Positions 12,776 to 24,455 of a stretch of 64,000 bases of DNA are shown piece by piece (within the stretch, counting starts at the first letter, position 1; each line of letters opens with the position of its first letter). The position numbers and the translations under genes are program-made. The DNA lies in contig OX597820.1 in assembly GCA_951406725.2 (NCBI GenBank), forward strand, positions 72,168,001-72,232,000. The letters run 5' to 3'. The DNA comes from Octopus vulgaris (taxonomy: Eukaryota). The notes beneath the pieces were generated by a model. It was not told the origin of the DNA. It saw nothing but the letters and a program-made list of their open reading frames with translations, and made no database searches.

Positions 12776-12834
12776 TTCACATTTTACTTATATTGAGAAA
12801 ATAAAGTGTTGCTCAATTACTGTGTATAGAAAGG

Positions 12835-13510
12835 AATTACAAAGAGGGAACATTAAGCAGTGATGGGTAAAATAGTAATATTATTATCAGTCTGAATATG
12901 CTCAAGGCACATTTGAACCAGTGAACAAGCTACTCACTGCATTTTGTTACAGAATATATGTCCCATTTGTTCACAAATAGCATATATACACCTAGATCAG
13001 CTCGCAGCGCTGTCTACCCAGACTGAGGTGCAGGCATTTCGGAGTAATTATCCCCTCTTTGGTCACTGACACAAATGGGATGTATTTTCCATGACAAAAT
13101 GCAGTGAGTAGCTTGTTCACCAGTTTGAACTTACCTCAAGCCTATTTGGACTGATTATAACATTACAATTTTACTTATCACTGCTTAGCACTCACCCTCT
13201 GTAATTTACTTACGGTGAGCCACCGCATAGTGCTGCCAGTCGCCGTACAGCAACTGCAAAAGCATAAGAGAATCAATCTCTTCAATCAGCTCACAGTGCC
13301 ACCTGCCTGGTGTCCATGACCAAAGAGGAGATAACTACTCCAAAACGCTTGCATCTCACAGTCTGGTTAGACGGTGCTGCCAGCTGATATAGATGTATAC
13401 ACATCATTTGTCAACAAACGGGATATATTTTCTGTGACAAAACACAGTGAGTACCGTGTTCACTGGTTCAAATGTACCTCAAGCATATTTGAACTGAAAA
13501 TATCATTACA
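12835..13510. repeat. Three-arm inverted repeat, probably PLE pLTR-derived
   Basis: 12835-12975 pairs with 13071-13206, and 12875-13072 pairs with 13311-13510. Confidence 0.8.
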
Positions 13511-13515
13511 GTAAA

Positions 13516-13715
13516 AAGGTGGCAAGCTGGTAGAAACATTAGCAGTATTTCTTCTATCTTTATGGTCTAAGTTCAAATTCCGCCAAGGTCGACTTTGCTT
13601 TTCATCCTTTTGGGGTCGATAAATTCAGTACCAGTTGTGTACTGGAGTCGATCAAATTGACTGGCCCCTTCCCCCAAATATTTCAGGCCTTGTGCCAAGC
13701 ATAGAAAAGAATATC
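13516..13715 (+). mobile_element. SINE family B
   Basis: ggcaagctggtagaa...gttcaaattccgcc...tttcatccttttggggtcgataaa...gtaccag; at least 10 copies in the window. Confidence 0.85.
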
Positions 13716-14048
13716 ATCACAATGAAGGAATTAATTTGTTAAATATTACCTTTCTTGAATGTATACTCTGTAATTCTACTCTGTTATATTCCAAGATTCC
13801 AACAACACAGGAATTAGAACATCTTGTTAAGGCATGTGAATGAGCAAAGTTGATGACAGATACTTTTATTATAGAGTCCAACCCATGCCAGCATGGAAAA
13901 CGGATGTTAAAAGATCATAATGTGTATATGATATCCATTCAAACGAAATTAGATATCAAATTCTTATCTTACTTTTGATAGTATCTCATCTATCATAAAA
14001 TACTGTGTAAACAGGGACACTCACATTCACAAGCATTCACATACATAC

Positions 14049-14102
<54 letters not shown>

Positions 14103-14166
14103 GATATATATATATATACACTTTTGTCATATATATACATATATATATATATACACACACATACAT

Positions 14167-14206
<40 letters not shown>

Positions 14207-14574
14207 TCAATTTAATATACTCATCTGGTTTTTAAATACTATCTTCTTTTTATATCACATAATGTATTATGTATATCACATAATGTCTGTGTGTACGTGT
14301 ATGCGTGAAATGAAATACGTAATTTTTCACTTACTTTTGAGAAGAACTTCTAAACCATATCATATACTTTATTACGTAAAATTATAGCAAGAATAAAACA
14401 TCCCCTGACACTCACTCTTGCTATTTGCATTTATCATTGAACGATATTCTACTTTAACTTTACCTCATTTGTGTGACACAAACAAACATACAAGCAAATC
14501 ATTATTTGGTGGATTCTACTTCATTCTACGTCAGCATTTAAGTCTAACCTCATTATTATTGTCAACTCTTGGAC

Positions 14575-14990
14575 ATCATCATCATATAACGTCTGCTTTC
14601 CTTACTGGCATGGGTTAGATGGTTTGACTGAAAACTGGTAAGCCGGGGGTGGCTGCACCAACTTTTAATTTGATTTGGCATGGTTTTTTTTAAAGCTGAA
14701 TGCCTTTCCTAATGCAAACCACTTCAAGAGAGTAGAGGGTGTTTTTTTATGTGCCATTGGCATGGGTGCCTGTTACAAAACACCAGCATTGGCAACAATT
14801 ATGATCTCACATGGCTTAACAGGGCTTCTCAAAGCATGGTATACGCCAAAGGTCACTGTGAGGCCCAAAGTTTGAAGGATGCCTTTTACATGCCATCAGC
14901 ATGGGTGCCAGTTATACAATACTGACACCGGTCATGATTTCACTTGGCTCAGTGGATTTTCTCAAACATGGCAAATTGTTTCAAGTCCTT
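14575..14990 (-). mobile_element. RTE 3' UTR fragment
   Basis: Matches the tail and UTR of 8583-9300. Confidence 0.7.
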
Positions 14991-15529
14991 GGATTCAAAG
15001 GGCTGCTTAGCTGGTTTCCATTGCACATAAGTGACTGTGATCACAATAGCTCCACTTGGATGGGATGCCAGTCCTTTCAGTGCAACTCGTTTACTGCTAA
15101 GAGAACCGAAGCAATATGAAATGAAGTGTTTTGCTCAACAACACAATGCACTGCCTCGTCCAGAAATTGAAATCACGATCTTACAATTTTGAATGCAACA
15201 CCCTAACCACTGGCCCACTTGTCTTCACTAAGTCTCACATAATGAATGATAAAAATGAGTCCTTGTGGTGTGGTGACTTTTGTACCACAATGACCCTAAG
15301 TATACAAGGGCTTCCCATGCTGGATAGATCAAAGGAGAGATTCCAGACCACCTCTCCCCAGAGGTAAAAATTGGTTTGCATAGGGGCAACAGTCCTGCCT
15401 GAAGGGGAAAGCAAAGTTATAGAAGCATCAATGACAATTGAAAATCACTGAGGCATGAGAGAGGAAAGCCCTAAGATAGCCTGGAGTTGAGAATATTGGA
15501 GAAGAGTCTTTGATGGCCTAGACACCATG

Positions 15530-15780
15530 GGTGGAAGCATGTGGCTTAGTGGTTAGGGTGTTGGACTCATTATCGTATGATTGTGGTTTTGATTCCTGGA
15601 TCAGGTGATGCATTGCGTTCTTGAGCAAAACACTTCATTTCGCATTGCTCCAGTCCACTCAGCTGGCAAAAATGAGTACTCCTATGATGGACTGTCGTCC
15701 CATCCAGGTGGGGAACTTATATGCCATGAAACAAGGAAACCATCCCTTATGAGTCAGTATGACTTGAGAAGGCACCCCCT
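15530..15780 (+). mobile_element. tRNA-derived SINE
   Basis: A box tggcttagtggttag, B-box-like ggttttgattcc, then cttgagcaaaacacttc body. Confidence 0.7.
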
Positions 15781-16082
15781 TTTTTGTACTCCATGAGGAG
15801 CATAAGGTTTGAGTGAGTATATCATAAAATAGATCACCATTTTATTTGGCTCTATAAAGTGTTTAAATAATAGTAAATATTTACATGCAATCTTGATGTA
15901 AGTATCGTTAACTGTGATGAATGGCCAACAATTAGATATATTCAGTGAAAAGAATTAGTCAACAGGACACATTAGTATTGTCACTTTTGTTTTTTTTTGT
16001 TTTTTTGTTTTTTTTAAGATATTGCTCTAGACTTAAGCACTGAGAAGCACTATCTGAATAGGAAACTGAAAGATAAACCACT

Positions 16083-16515
16083 ATACACAGCCATGAGAGA
16101 AGTAAATAGTCAGCCTTATCACCATTTTATTTGGCTCTATAAAGTGTTTAAAGGCATACTACTGATCAGATGATGAATATTCTCTTGGGAAATTTCTAGC
16201 CTAGTTTCATGCAGTAATTTTGAAAGATCTGGCTTTGAAGATGCTTTCTTGTTCTTTTCATGAAGTGTCCTGTCCATTATGTCCCAGGGGTATTCAATAG
16301 GGTTCATATCTGGTGACTGGCTTTTTCATCCAACAAATCTCAGGTCATTTTAGCTGTGTGACAAAGAGCCCCATCTTCCATAAATAATCTCCTTTAATCA
16401 TTTCACCACTGGAGAAGATAGGAAGAATTCCTTTCTGCAATATGGACATATTTTTATCTGAGTTTGTTTCCCTCGCATTCCACCAGCTCTGATGCTCTCC
16501 AAGTCATCACAGTGA
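16083..16515 (-). mobile_element. Tc1 (DDE) transposase relic
   Basis: LFMEDGALCHTAK...SQSPDMNPIEYPWDIMDR...HHLISSMP, with a TIR-like end near 16083-16113. Confidence 0.7.
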
Positions 16516-17066
16516 ACCTTGCTTGCGAAGACCTATTGAGGCAAGTGTAAACAAATCATAATAGCTGACGTGGCCAATGACAGTACCGCCTGATTGGCAC
16601 TCGTGCCAGTGGAATGTTAAAAGAAGCATATCCAAGTGGGATCGTTGCCAGGGTCACGGATTGGCTCCCCTGCCAGTGACATGTGAAAAGCACCAAGCCA
16701 CGGATTGGCTCCCATGCCGGTGACATGTGAAAAGTGCCATTTGAGCATGATCGTTGCCACTGTCGCCTTACTGGCACATGCGCCGGTGGCATGTGAAAAA
16801 CAGCATTTGAGCGTGGTCATTGCCAGTGCCACAGGACTGGCTCCCATGCAGGTAGCATGTAAAAACACCTTTTGAGCATGATCGTTGCTAAAACCGCTTG
16901 ACTGGCCCCCCATACCAGCAGCACATAAAAAGCACCCACTACTCTCTCGAAGTAGTTGGCATTAGGAAGCTGTAGAAACTTTGCCAGATCAGATTGAGCC
17001 TGGTGCAGTCCTCAGTCAAACTGCCCAACCCATGCCAGCATGGAAAGTGGATGTTAAATGACGATG

Positions 17067-17068
<2 letters not shown>
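16515..17068 (+). mobile_element. RTE 3' UTR fragment with expanded tandem units
   Basis: Repeated gtg(a/g)catgtgaaaag/ttgagcatgatcgttgcc units followed by the canonical tail. Confidence 0.8.
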
Positions 17069-17109
<41 letters not shown>

Positions 17110-17259
17110 TATTTACGACAGGTTTGTTTCTGTTTACCAAATCCACTCACAAGGCTTTGGTTAGTCTGAGGCTATAATAGAAGACACTTGCCTAAGGTGC
17201 TGTGCTGAAGGACTAAACCCAGAACTGTGTGTTTGAGAAGTAAGCTTCATACCACCAGA

Positions 17260-18880
17260 AATACATTTTAAATTGCATATAAAAGTTTTATTTATACAAC
17301 TTTTTCTGGAATGCATCTTGGCTTTCTAACATTTCATATGACTACTATCTTTTGTGACTCACTATTCAGTCCAGTTTTCTAACTCATTAAAAATATTCCT
17401 CAATTGCTTTTCAATGAATCCATGGGACAGCTTCTGTGATTCTGGCCCCACCCTAGCTCTTCTAAAGAATGTAGCTTTGATGAGTAGAAAGCCAGTTCAA
17501 CATCTGATCATAAAAATAGTCAGAGGGTCAGATCAGGCGAATAGAGCGACCAAGCAATTGGTCAAGCTCTACTGATCCATATTTTTGGACAGATGCTATT
17601 CAAAAACTGGCATACATCTGAAGTATAGTGACAGAGTATACCAAATTGCTGAAAGAAAGCATTGTCTGTAAAGCTTAAGCAGCTTAGTTTGGGCACAACC
17701 ATGTCTGTGTGGTAAGAAGTTCGCTTCCCAACCACAAGGCTCTAGTTCAATCTAATTGTGTGACATCAAGGGCAAGTCTCTCCTATTATAACCCCAAACC
17801 AACCAAAGCTTTGTGAGTAGATTTGGAAGGTGGGAATTGAAAGAATCCCATCATATATGTGTGTGTGTGTGTATACATATATGTGTATGTGTATGTATAC
17901 ATATATGTGTGTGTGTGTGTGTGCATATATGTGTGTGTGTGTGTGTGTGAAATCATTACTGTCTCCTTGCTTTGATATTTCATTATAGTTGTAAATGAAT
18001 GTTCCTGTCATGCAAGCAATGTCCTTGGTTCTTAATCTTCCATGTCTGGTCATAAGGATATACTACCTTACTTGGAAATGGGTGAAGGTTTGTGACAGGA
18101 AAGGCATCCAACTGTAGAAAATCTGCCTCAACAAAATTCCATACGACCTATGAAAGCATGGAAAAGTGGATTAATATGATGAGTTCAATTGTGTGAAAAT
18201 TCTGTAATGTTGTATGGAAACATTCAAAATTGACTATTATTTCTTCAAGAAGGAAGCAATAATACATGACTTCTCAAGGACACACATCAAACATTGATTT
18301 TTGGGAATAGCTCTTTCTTGTTGCCAAACTTAAGATTTTCCTTTTCCTCAAAGGCATCAATTATGTCAATTCACTTTACCACTAAGGTGGAAAATTGTTT
18401 GATCTCTTACAACTGCACATTATTGCAGTGTGTTAAATTCTTTCTGGAATATTTACTCTCAAGTGGATATCAATCAATGTTGGTACAATTGTATCTGTAT
18501 CGGTTATATGATAGAAGATTTTTATTGCAAATTTTTCCGTTGACACCAGAAATTGTATTCCTGGTGTTACAAACACAGCTGTTGCTAATTTTCAATCTTG
18601 TTAATGATTAAGTAATATCTTTGTCCAATTGGACAAATTAAAAATTTTTCTTTCTTTTTTTTTTATTAGATTCTACTGCTAAGAAGAATGATTAAACCAA
18701 ATGAATTTCATCTTATGTAGTTTTATGTTTGTGAAATGTTAGAAGTTGGTATGAATTATATTTCAGCATGGAAACCATCCTTTGAAGTCATTATTACAGC
18801 TGGGTAATTAATGCACAATTAACAATTTCTTCATCTGACCAAACATTAGAAATGCAACAAATTATGCTATTCACTAAATT
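17260..18880 (-). mobile_element. rosa-like Tc1/mariner transposase relic interrupted by a SINE (17695-18180)
   Basis: PIAWSLYSPDLT(fs)DYF near 17512-17562; a degraded VNVWC..IIGPFF-like segment near 18225-18295. Confidence 0.5.
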
Positions 18881-19867
18881 CTTCAAGACTACAAGAAAGT
18901 GGTTTTGACATATTACTATATTATACACTTTCCATGTGGCTTACTATAACAGCAGTATATACTGGCTTTTCATCATCATCCTCATCATCATACATCCTGT
19001 TTCTATGCTGGTATGGGTTGCACAATCTGACAGGTCCCAGTGAGCTGAAGGGCCACATCAAGTTCCAATGTTGACTTTAGTATTGTTGTATGGTTTCTAT
19101 GGCTTGATGCCCTTCTTAATGTTAACCATATTAGTGTGTATTGGGTGCTTTGTTTTTCATGCCACAGACATTTGTATGGTCACCAAGTAATTTGGCCCAT
19201 GGGCAGTCTTTGAACTTTTGTCTCCACAGTGTTTTTTAAGCAAACATTTACACATTATAATTTACAGTTTTATCTACTTCAAGTTTGACCATGAAAAACA
19301 TAAATTATTTCATGTTCTCTTGAAATTTCTAAATCCTTATGATGTAAACATTTACACACATGCATGCATGCACATGCGCATGCACACATATTTATATATT
19401 CCCAACCATGTGGTCTTGGGTTCAGTCGCATTGAGTGACACCTTGGATAAATGTTTCCTATAGCCCCAGCCCAATTAAAACTTCATGAGTAGATCTGGTA
19501 GACAGAAACTGAAAGAAGCCTGCCACATATGCATATGTGTGTGCATGCGTGCATGTGTGTGTGTGTGTGTGCATGTGCCTTTGCCTAGATGTACAAGTAG
19601 AGTTGTTTGTTTCCAGTCTTTGGTGAAGAACATGTATAGCTTTGGGAAAATATCACCATGCTTTGGAACAGGCAAGGGTTGGTGACAAGATGGGCCTCTG
19701 ACCATAGAAAATCTGCCTCAACAAATTTTATCTGACTTATGCAAGCATGAAAAATGATGATGATGACAATGGTACATAAACTATATACAAAGCCACTCAC
19801 AAACATGAACACTCACATGAACGTACACATATTTATGAAAAAGCATTTATTTATACAGATGCTTTTA

Positions 19868-19903
<36 letters not shown>

Positions 19904-21444
19904 AAAAAAAAATACAAAAAAAACCGATTCTGACCACAAAGCAGAGTTAAATATTTATTTATTTAGCTGACACTGACTTTGAATTTTCGCCAAGTTTAGC
20001 TTCGCAAACTTTGGTGAAAGGATATATATTTGTCACATTTAAACATATTAGAAGTATAAAAGGTGGGAAAAATACTTATAATGGGTGGAGTATTGATATA
20101 AGTAATCATGAAAAACCAATAGCAACGGCCAAATGGAGAGTTTTCAATATGTTGTTAATAAGAGAATAAATAACCATATATTGAATAACATGACTCCGAC
20201 TTTGGTGGTTTCTATTGGTTTTTTCATCATTATTTGTTGTTTTTGTCAATACTTCGACCATTACAATTACTTTTCCCAACTTTGGTACCTCTAACTTGTT
20301 TATATACGACAAATATCTAAGCTTCCACCTGAAAAAGCAGACTTGGCAAAAGTTCAGAATTACTGTCACCTTTCAAATTTCCCCTGTGTACAGTTAGCAG
20401 TACACCTACTACTGGCCTGGTATATCAATACATATATACTTACACACATACACACACACACAAATATGTTGGTACATCTCATCATCATTTAATGTCTGAT
20501 TTTACATGCTGGTTTAGGTTTGGGTTTAATGTGTGTGTAATTACCTGTTTTATAAGTTTGTGTTCTTATGTCTAGTAAGCATATAGTAAAGGAAGGACTC
20601 AATACCGATTATAGAGTCAAACAACGTTTTGAAGTTTTGTTAATACTGACTTTATACTGACTTCTCAGCACAATGTTTGCTAAGAAAAAATATTTATTTC
20701 AGAAAATAATTTTGAGACACTTTCAGTGAAAATTCCAAGTAGATTATCACTATAAATGTGTGTGTGCATGCGTGTGTGCGTGCGTGTGTGTGTGTGTGTG
20801 TGTGTGCATGTGTGCGTGCATTATCTGTGTATGTATGTATGTGTCTTTTTTTTTATTACAAATCTTCCACTGAGGAGAGAGCTGGTTTCCAATAAAGATA
20901 CAAGGCTCCAGCTTTGAGATGTAGTTAACAAATTCACATATGTATGTATGTATGCATCCCTCAGCTTTTGTTACAGCATGTCTTTAAATGAAGACCACTC
21001 TGATATAAAACCAGATATGCAGGGAATGGTATTGAGCATTTTAGAGATCTTTTGCTTGCACTTAGGATCATGGTGCTCCCACTTTCCTCAGTTTCATTTG
21101 ACACTCAGTGTTTTTTGTCAATTTACTCTCGTATATATAATGACTTAAACAAAATCACAAAAGAAAAAAAAATTTAGTATTCATCATCATCATCGTTTAA
21201 TGTCTGCCTTCCATGCTGGCTTGGGTTGAACAGTTTCACAAGGGCTGGCCAGGCAGAAGCTTGCACCAGACTTCTGTGACTGTTTTGGCAGGATTTTTAC
21301 AGCTGGATGCCCTTCCTAACACCAATCAGAGTGGACGTTTTTTGTGGCACAAGAACAGGCAAGATGAGGTGTGCTTTTTATGTGGTACAAACACTGTAAT
21401 TAATTTTTATTGTTCAATTAATTATGTGATGAGATCAAGAGAAT

Positions 21445-21980
21445 AGTGCTGGCAAGATCTACATTCTCAAAATTGTATGACATCTTGAGAAACCATACTT
21501 TGAGTATCAAGACCAGGACCTGTATATTAAACTTCTGTGCATCCTCTGCATTGATGTATATGGAAGTGAAATATGGTCTATAACATCAAAAATGAAAAGG
21601 CTTTTGGAGAGCTGTGAAATGTAGATCTTAAGGAGAACAGTGAGGATAGCATGGAGAGACAGTATCTAATGAAGAAGTGATGGCCCAGGCTGTGATAAAT
21701 AGGAAACTGCTTTAGGACATAAGGGCCAAGTGACTGAGATTTCTTGGTCATGTGATGAGAAAAGAGGGCCTGGAGAATTTAGTGATGACTGGAAAGACTG
21801 AAGAGAAAAGAGGCAGAGGAAGGAAATGGATGATGTGGATGTCAAGCTTGATTAAATATTTGGAAAAAAGAGACAATAAGCATCAGGAAGTGGAACTGTA
21901 ACAGAAAACAAAGAACAGAGAACTGTGGCTGGATATGATCACCTATGTCTTATATTCTGGACATGGCACCTGAAGAAGAT
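21445..21980 (+). mobile_element. RTE (BovB-like) LINE 3' end, second RTE family
   Basis: YGSEIWSITSKMKRLLESCEM...SNEEVM...LRFLGHVMRKEGLENLVMTGKTEEKRGRGR, then a short gaa tail. Confidence 0.85.
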
Positions 21981-21999
21981 ATAGTCAATTAAATAATAT

Positions 22000-22260
22000 C
22001 ATCATCATCATCATCATTTAACGTCCGTTTTCCGCACTAGCACGGGTTGGACGGTTCGACCGGGGTCTGGGAAGCCAGGGCTGCACCAGGCTCCAGTTTG
22101 ATCTGGCAGTGTTTCTACAGCTGGATGCCCTTCCTAACACCAACCGCTCCGCGAGTGTAGTGGGTGCTATTTACATGCCACCTGCACAGGTGCCAGGGGG
22201 GTCTGGCATCGGCCACGATCGGTTGGTGCTTTTAATGTGCCACCGGCACGGACGTGCAAG
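22000..22260 (-). mobile_element. Young RTE tail or RTE-dependent SINE
   Basis: CpG-retaining copy of the shared tail with (CAT)n. Confidence 0.8.
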
Positions 22261-22563
22261 GCATTGGTTTAGGTGAGAATTAAAATGCATACAAATCAAA
22301 TATAGACAAATAGCCACATCGGTACAGAAGTACTGACATAAGAATATTCAGATTATGTATGCAATTAAATGAACCCAACCGAGTATATTATCAGCCTTTG
22401 GGCTAATTTAGAAATGCACTGTGCTGTGGATTTTAAATGTCCTTAATTGTAAAATTTGTGTATTCATCAGAAGAAAATGGCTTTTTATAATGATATAATG
22501 TACTCATTTATCAATTATAATCTTCGTTAGAAATGGCTGTAATGAATTGCCACCTGTCAATCA

Positions 22564-22632
<69 letters not shown>

Positions 22633-22659
22633 TTATCTGCAAAGTATAGTATTAAATAT

Positions 22660-23540
22660 CCATCACAGCTGATCTTACCAGTTGGTTGCGTGCTAAGAAT
22701 ACAATGGAGTGTTAGATAACAATCCGATTATATAACTTTACGCTCATCAGAGTTAGCTGACATGGTAGGGAATATGGTGACTGCTCTCTATTGTCGGAGG
22801 TGGATTAACACAACTGGTCAGTAGCTGCTGGGAAAAAGGGGCCAGGGGATTAGGTCAGAAGTTTTGTCCTTTGGTTGGGTATGCTGCTAAGCTGGCAAGA
22901 GTTATCTTGAAGTGGGGAATATGTGTATTAAACTGGTGCTCCTTTGGGGATGGGGTGTGTGATATGTGTAGTGGTGTCATATGCATAATTTTATCCAAGT
23001 GTGTAGGTATACATAGGTGTGTTTGCTGGTCTGTTTTCTTTCTGCAAAGGATAAAATCGTGGAGTCTTTTTTGTTAGCATGTGGTGTTTAATGTGTGTGG
23101 AGATGCAATTTGTGTGCAGAGGTAGTGGGAGACAGTCTATTTTGTAGTGTATCCACCTTGTAGAGGTGTGCATGTGTGTACACGGGTGCATTGGTGTGTG
23201 CTTTGGTCAAACACTTTTTGCTCATGCCTGAGGGCATTGGTAGAAGGTCATTGGCAGAGGGCTGAGGTAGGGACCTGTGGTTGCAGTCATGATGGGGTGT
23301 GCAGGTGCAATAGGATGCACTTTTCATGCAAGCAAGGATTAAACATTTTACTCCTGCTATTCAGGACACGCCTTGAGATTAATAGACGCACCTTGAGATT
23401 ATCCTTCAGCTGTGCACCTAGTGTTAGAAAGTTCCTAGAGCAGATGTATACTTAAATTTATCAATACACACGAGGCTGATGTCAGTAGGCAATTGAAGAA
23501 TAGTAAGCGATGGCGGTAACATATTTGAACAGAGTACATC
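22660..23540 (-). mobile_element. Penelope-like element remnant (GIY-YIG C-terminus plus 3' pLTR)
   Basis: LNSRSKMFNPCLH at about 23323-23363 resembles the LNKRSE..CRH PLE terminus; downstream hammerhead-like motif at 22666-22759. Confidence 0.6.
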
Positions 23541-23838
23541 AAAATATTGTAAAACCTAAAATATTTTTTGTGACTAAAATTTATATTTAAAAGGTCTGAC
23601 ATGAGAATTTGACATTAAAAATTTAGATCCAGAAAGTGTTTTTTGTTGTTTTTGTTTTTTCTTTTTGGTGTAAAATTAAAATGAATAATTTGTACTCTGC
23701 TTGAAGACATATTTTCATTGTATTTACAAAGTTTAGCCAAGAGCTCAAGGAAGTAAAAAAACACATGTATATGTTGGTGTCTGAGTGTATTTGTGGGTAC
23801 ATTTATACACATATGCACACATTATTATTATTTAATAT

Positions 23839-24455
23839 ATACAGGGTACAGTGAATAAATTGTTGTCTAAATTACACAAAAATGAAAATAATACTGACAT
23901 CTCATTTTAACAGATATATTTACCAAAATTACATAAAAATGTCTTGAAATACTAAAGAGTAAATTTATTCGATGAAATCGCCATTGGCTCCAGATGACTT
24001 TGGAATCTTCTGCAACTCTTCTCGACGATCTCCTTGTTTAAGTTGGTGAATGCTGCCATAATCCTTGCTTTCAGTTCATCTTTGGTGTTACAAGGAGTTC
24101 TGTTGGTCTCTTACTCAATTGTGTCCCACACATAATAATCAAGGGGGTTGAAGTCTGGGGAGTTAGGTGGCCAGATGTTAGGGGTGATGTGGTCACAGAA
24201 ATTGTCTGAGAGCCATGATTGGGTTCTCCTGCTTGTGTGGCATGGTGCAGAGTCCTGTAACCAGATAAAGGGTCTTCCAGCAGCCACTCTCTTCACCTAG
24301 GGTAGCACTACCTCCTCCAAACACTTGATGTAGGTCTCCATGTTGAGTGTGAGACTGTGTAGGAAGATGAATGGAGGCATAACATCGCCATCTCTAGTGA
24401 TCACTCCAAACACCATCATATTGACTAGAGGTTTGATTTTTATCACTCTCTGTAC
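23839..24455 (-). mobile_element. maT (DD37D) transposon 3' half
   Basis: QDSAPCH...WPPNSPDFNPLDYYVW with 37 residues between the second and third Asp; TA-cagggt TIR-like end. Confidence 0.9.

Noticed and set aside
15540-15605. tRNA genes at SINE heads (also 46545, 51108, 55870)
   Set aside because: Only A/B boxes with no full cloverleaf, and they run into SINE bodies.
19985-20020. Small hairpin ttcgccaagtttag...caaactttggtgaa next to ORF 20106-20369
   Set aside because: No ribozyme core and no recognisable protein; insufficient evidence.
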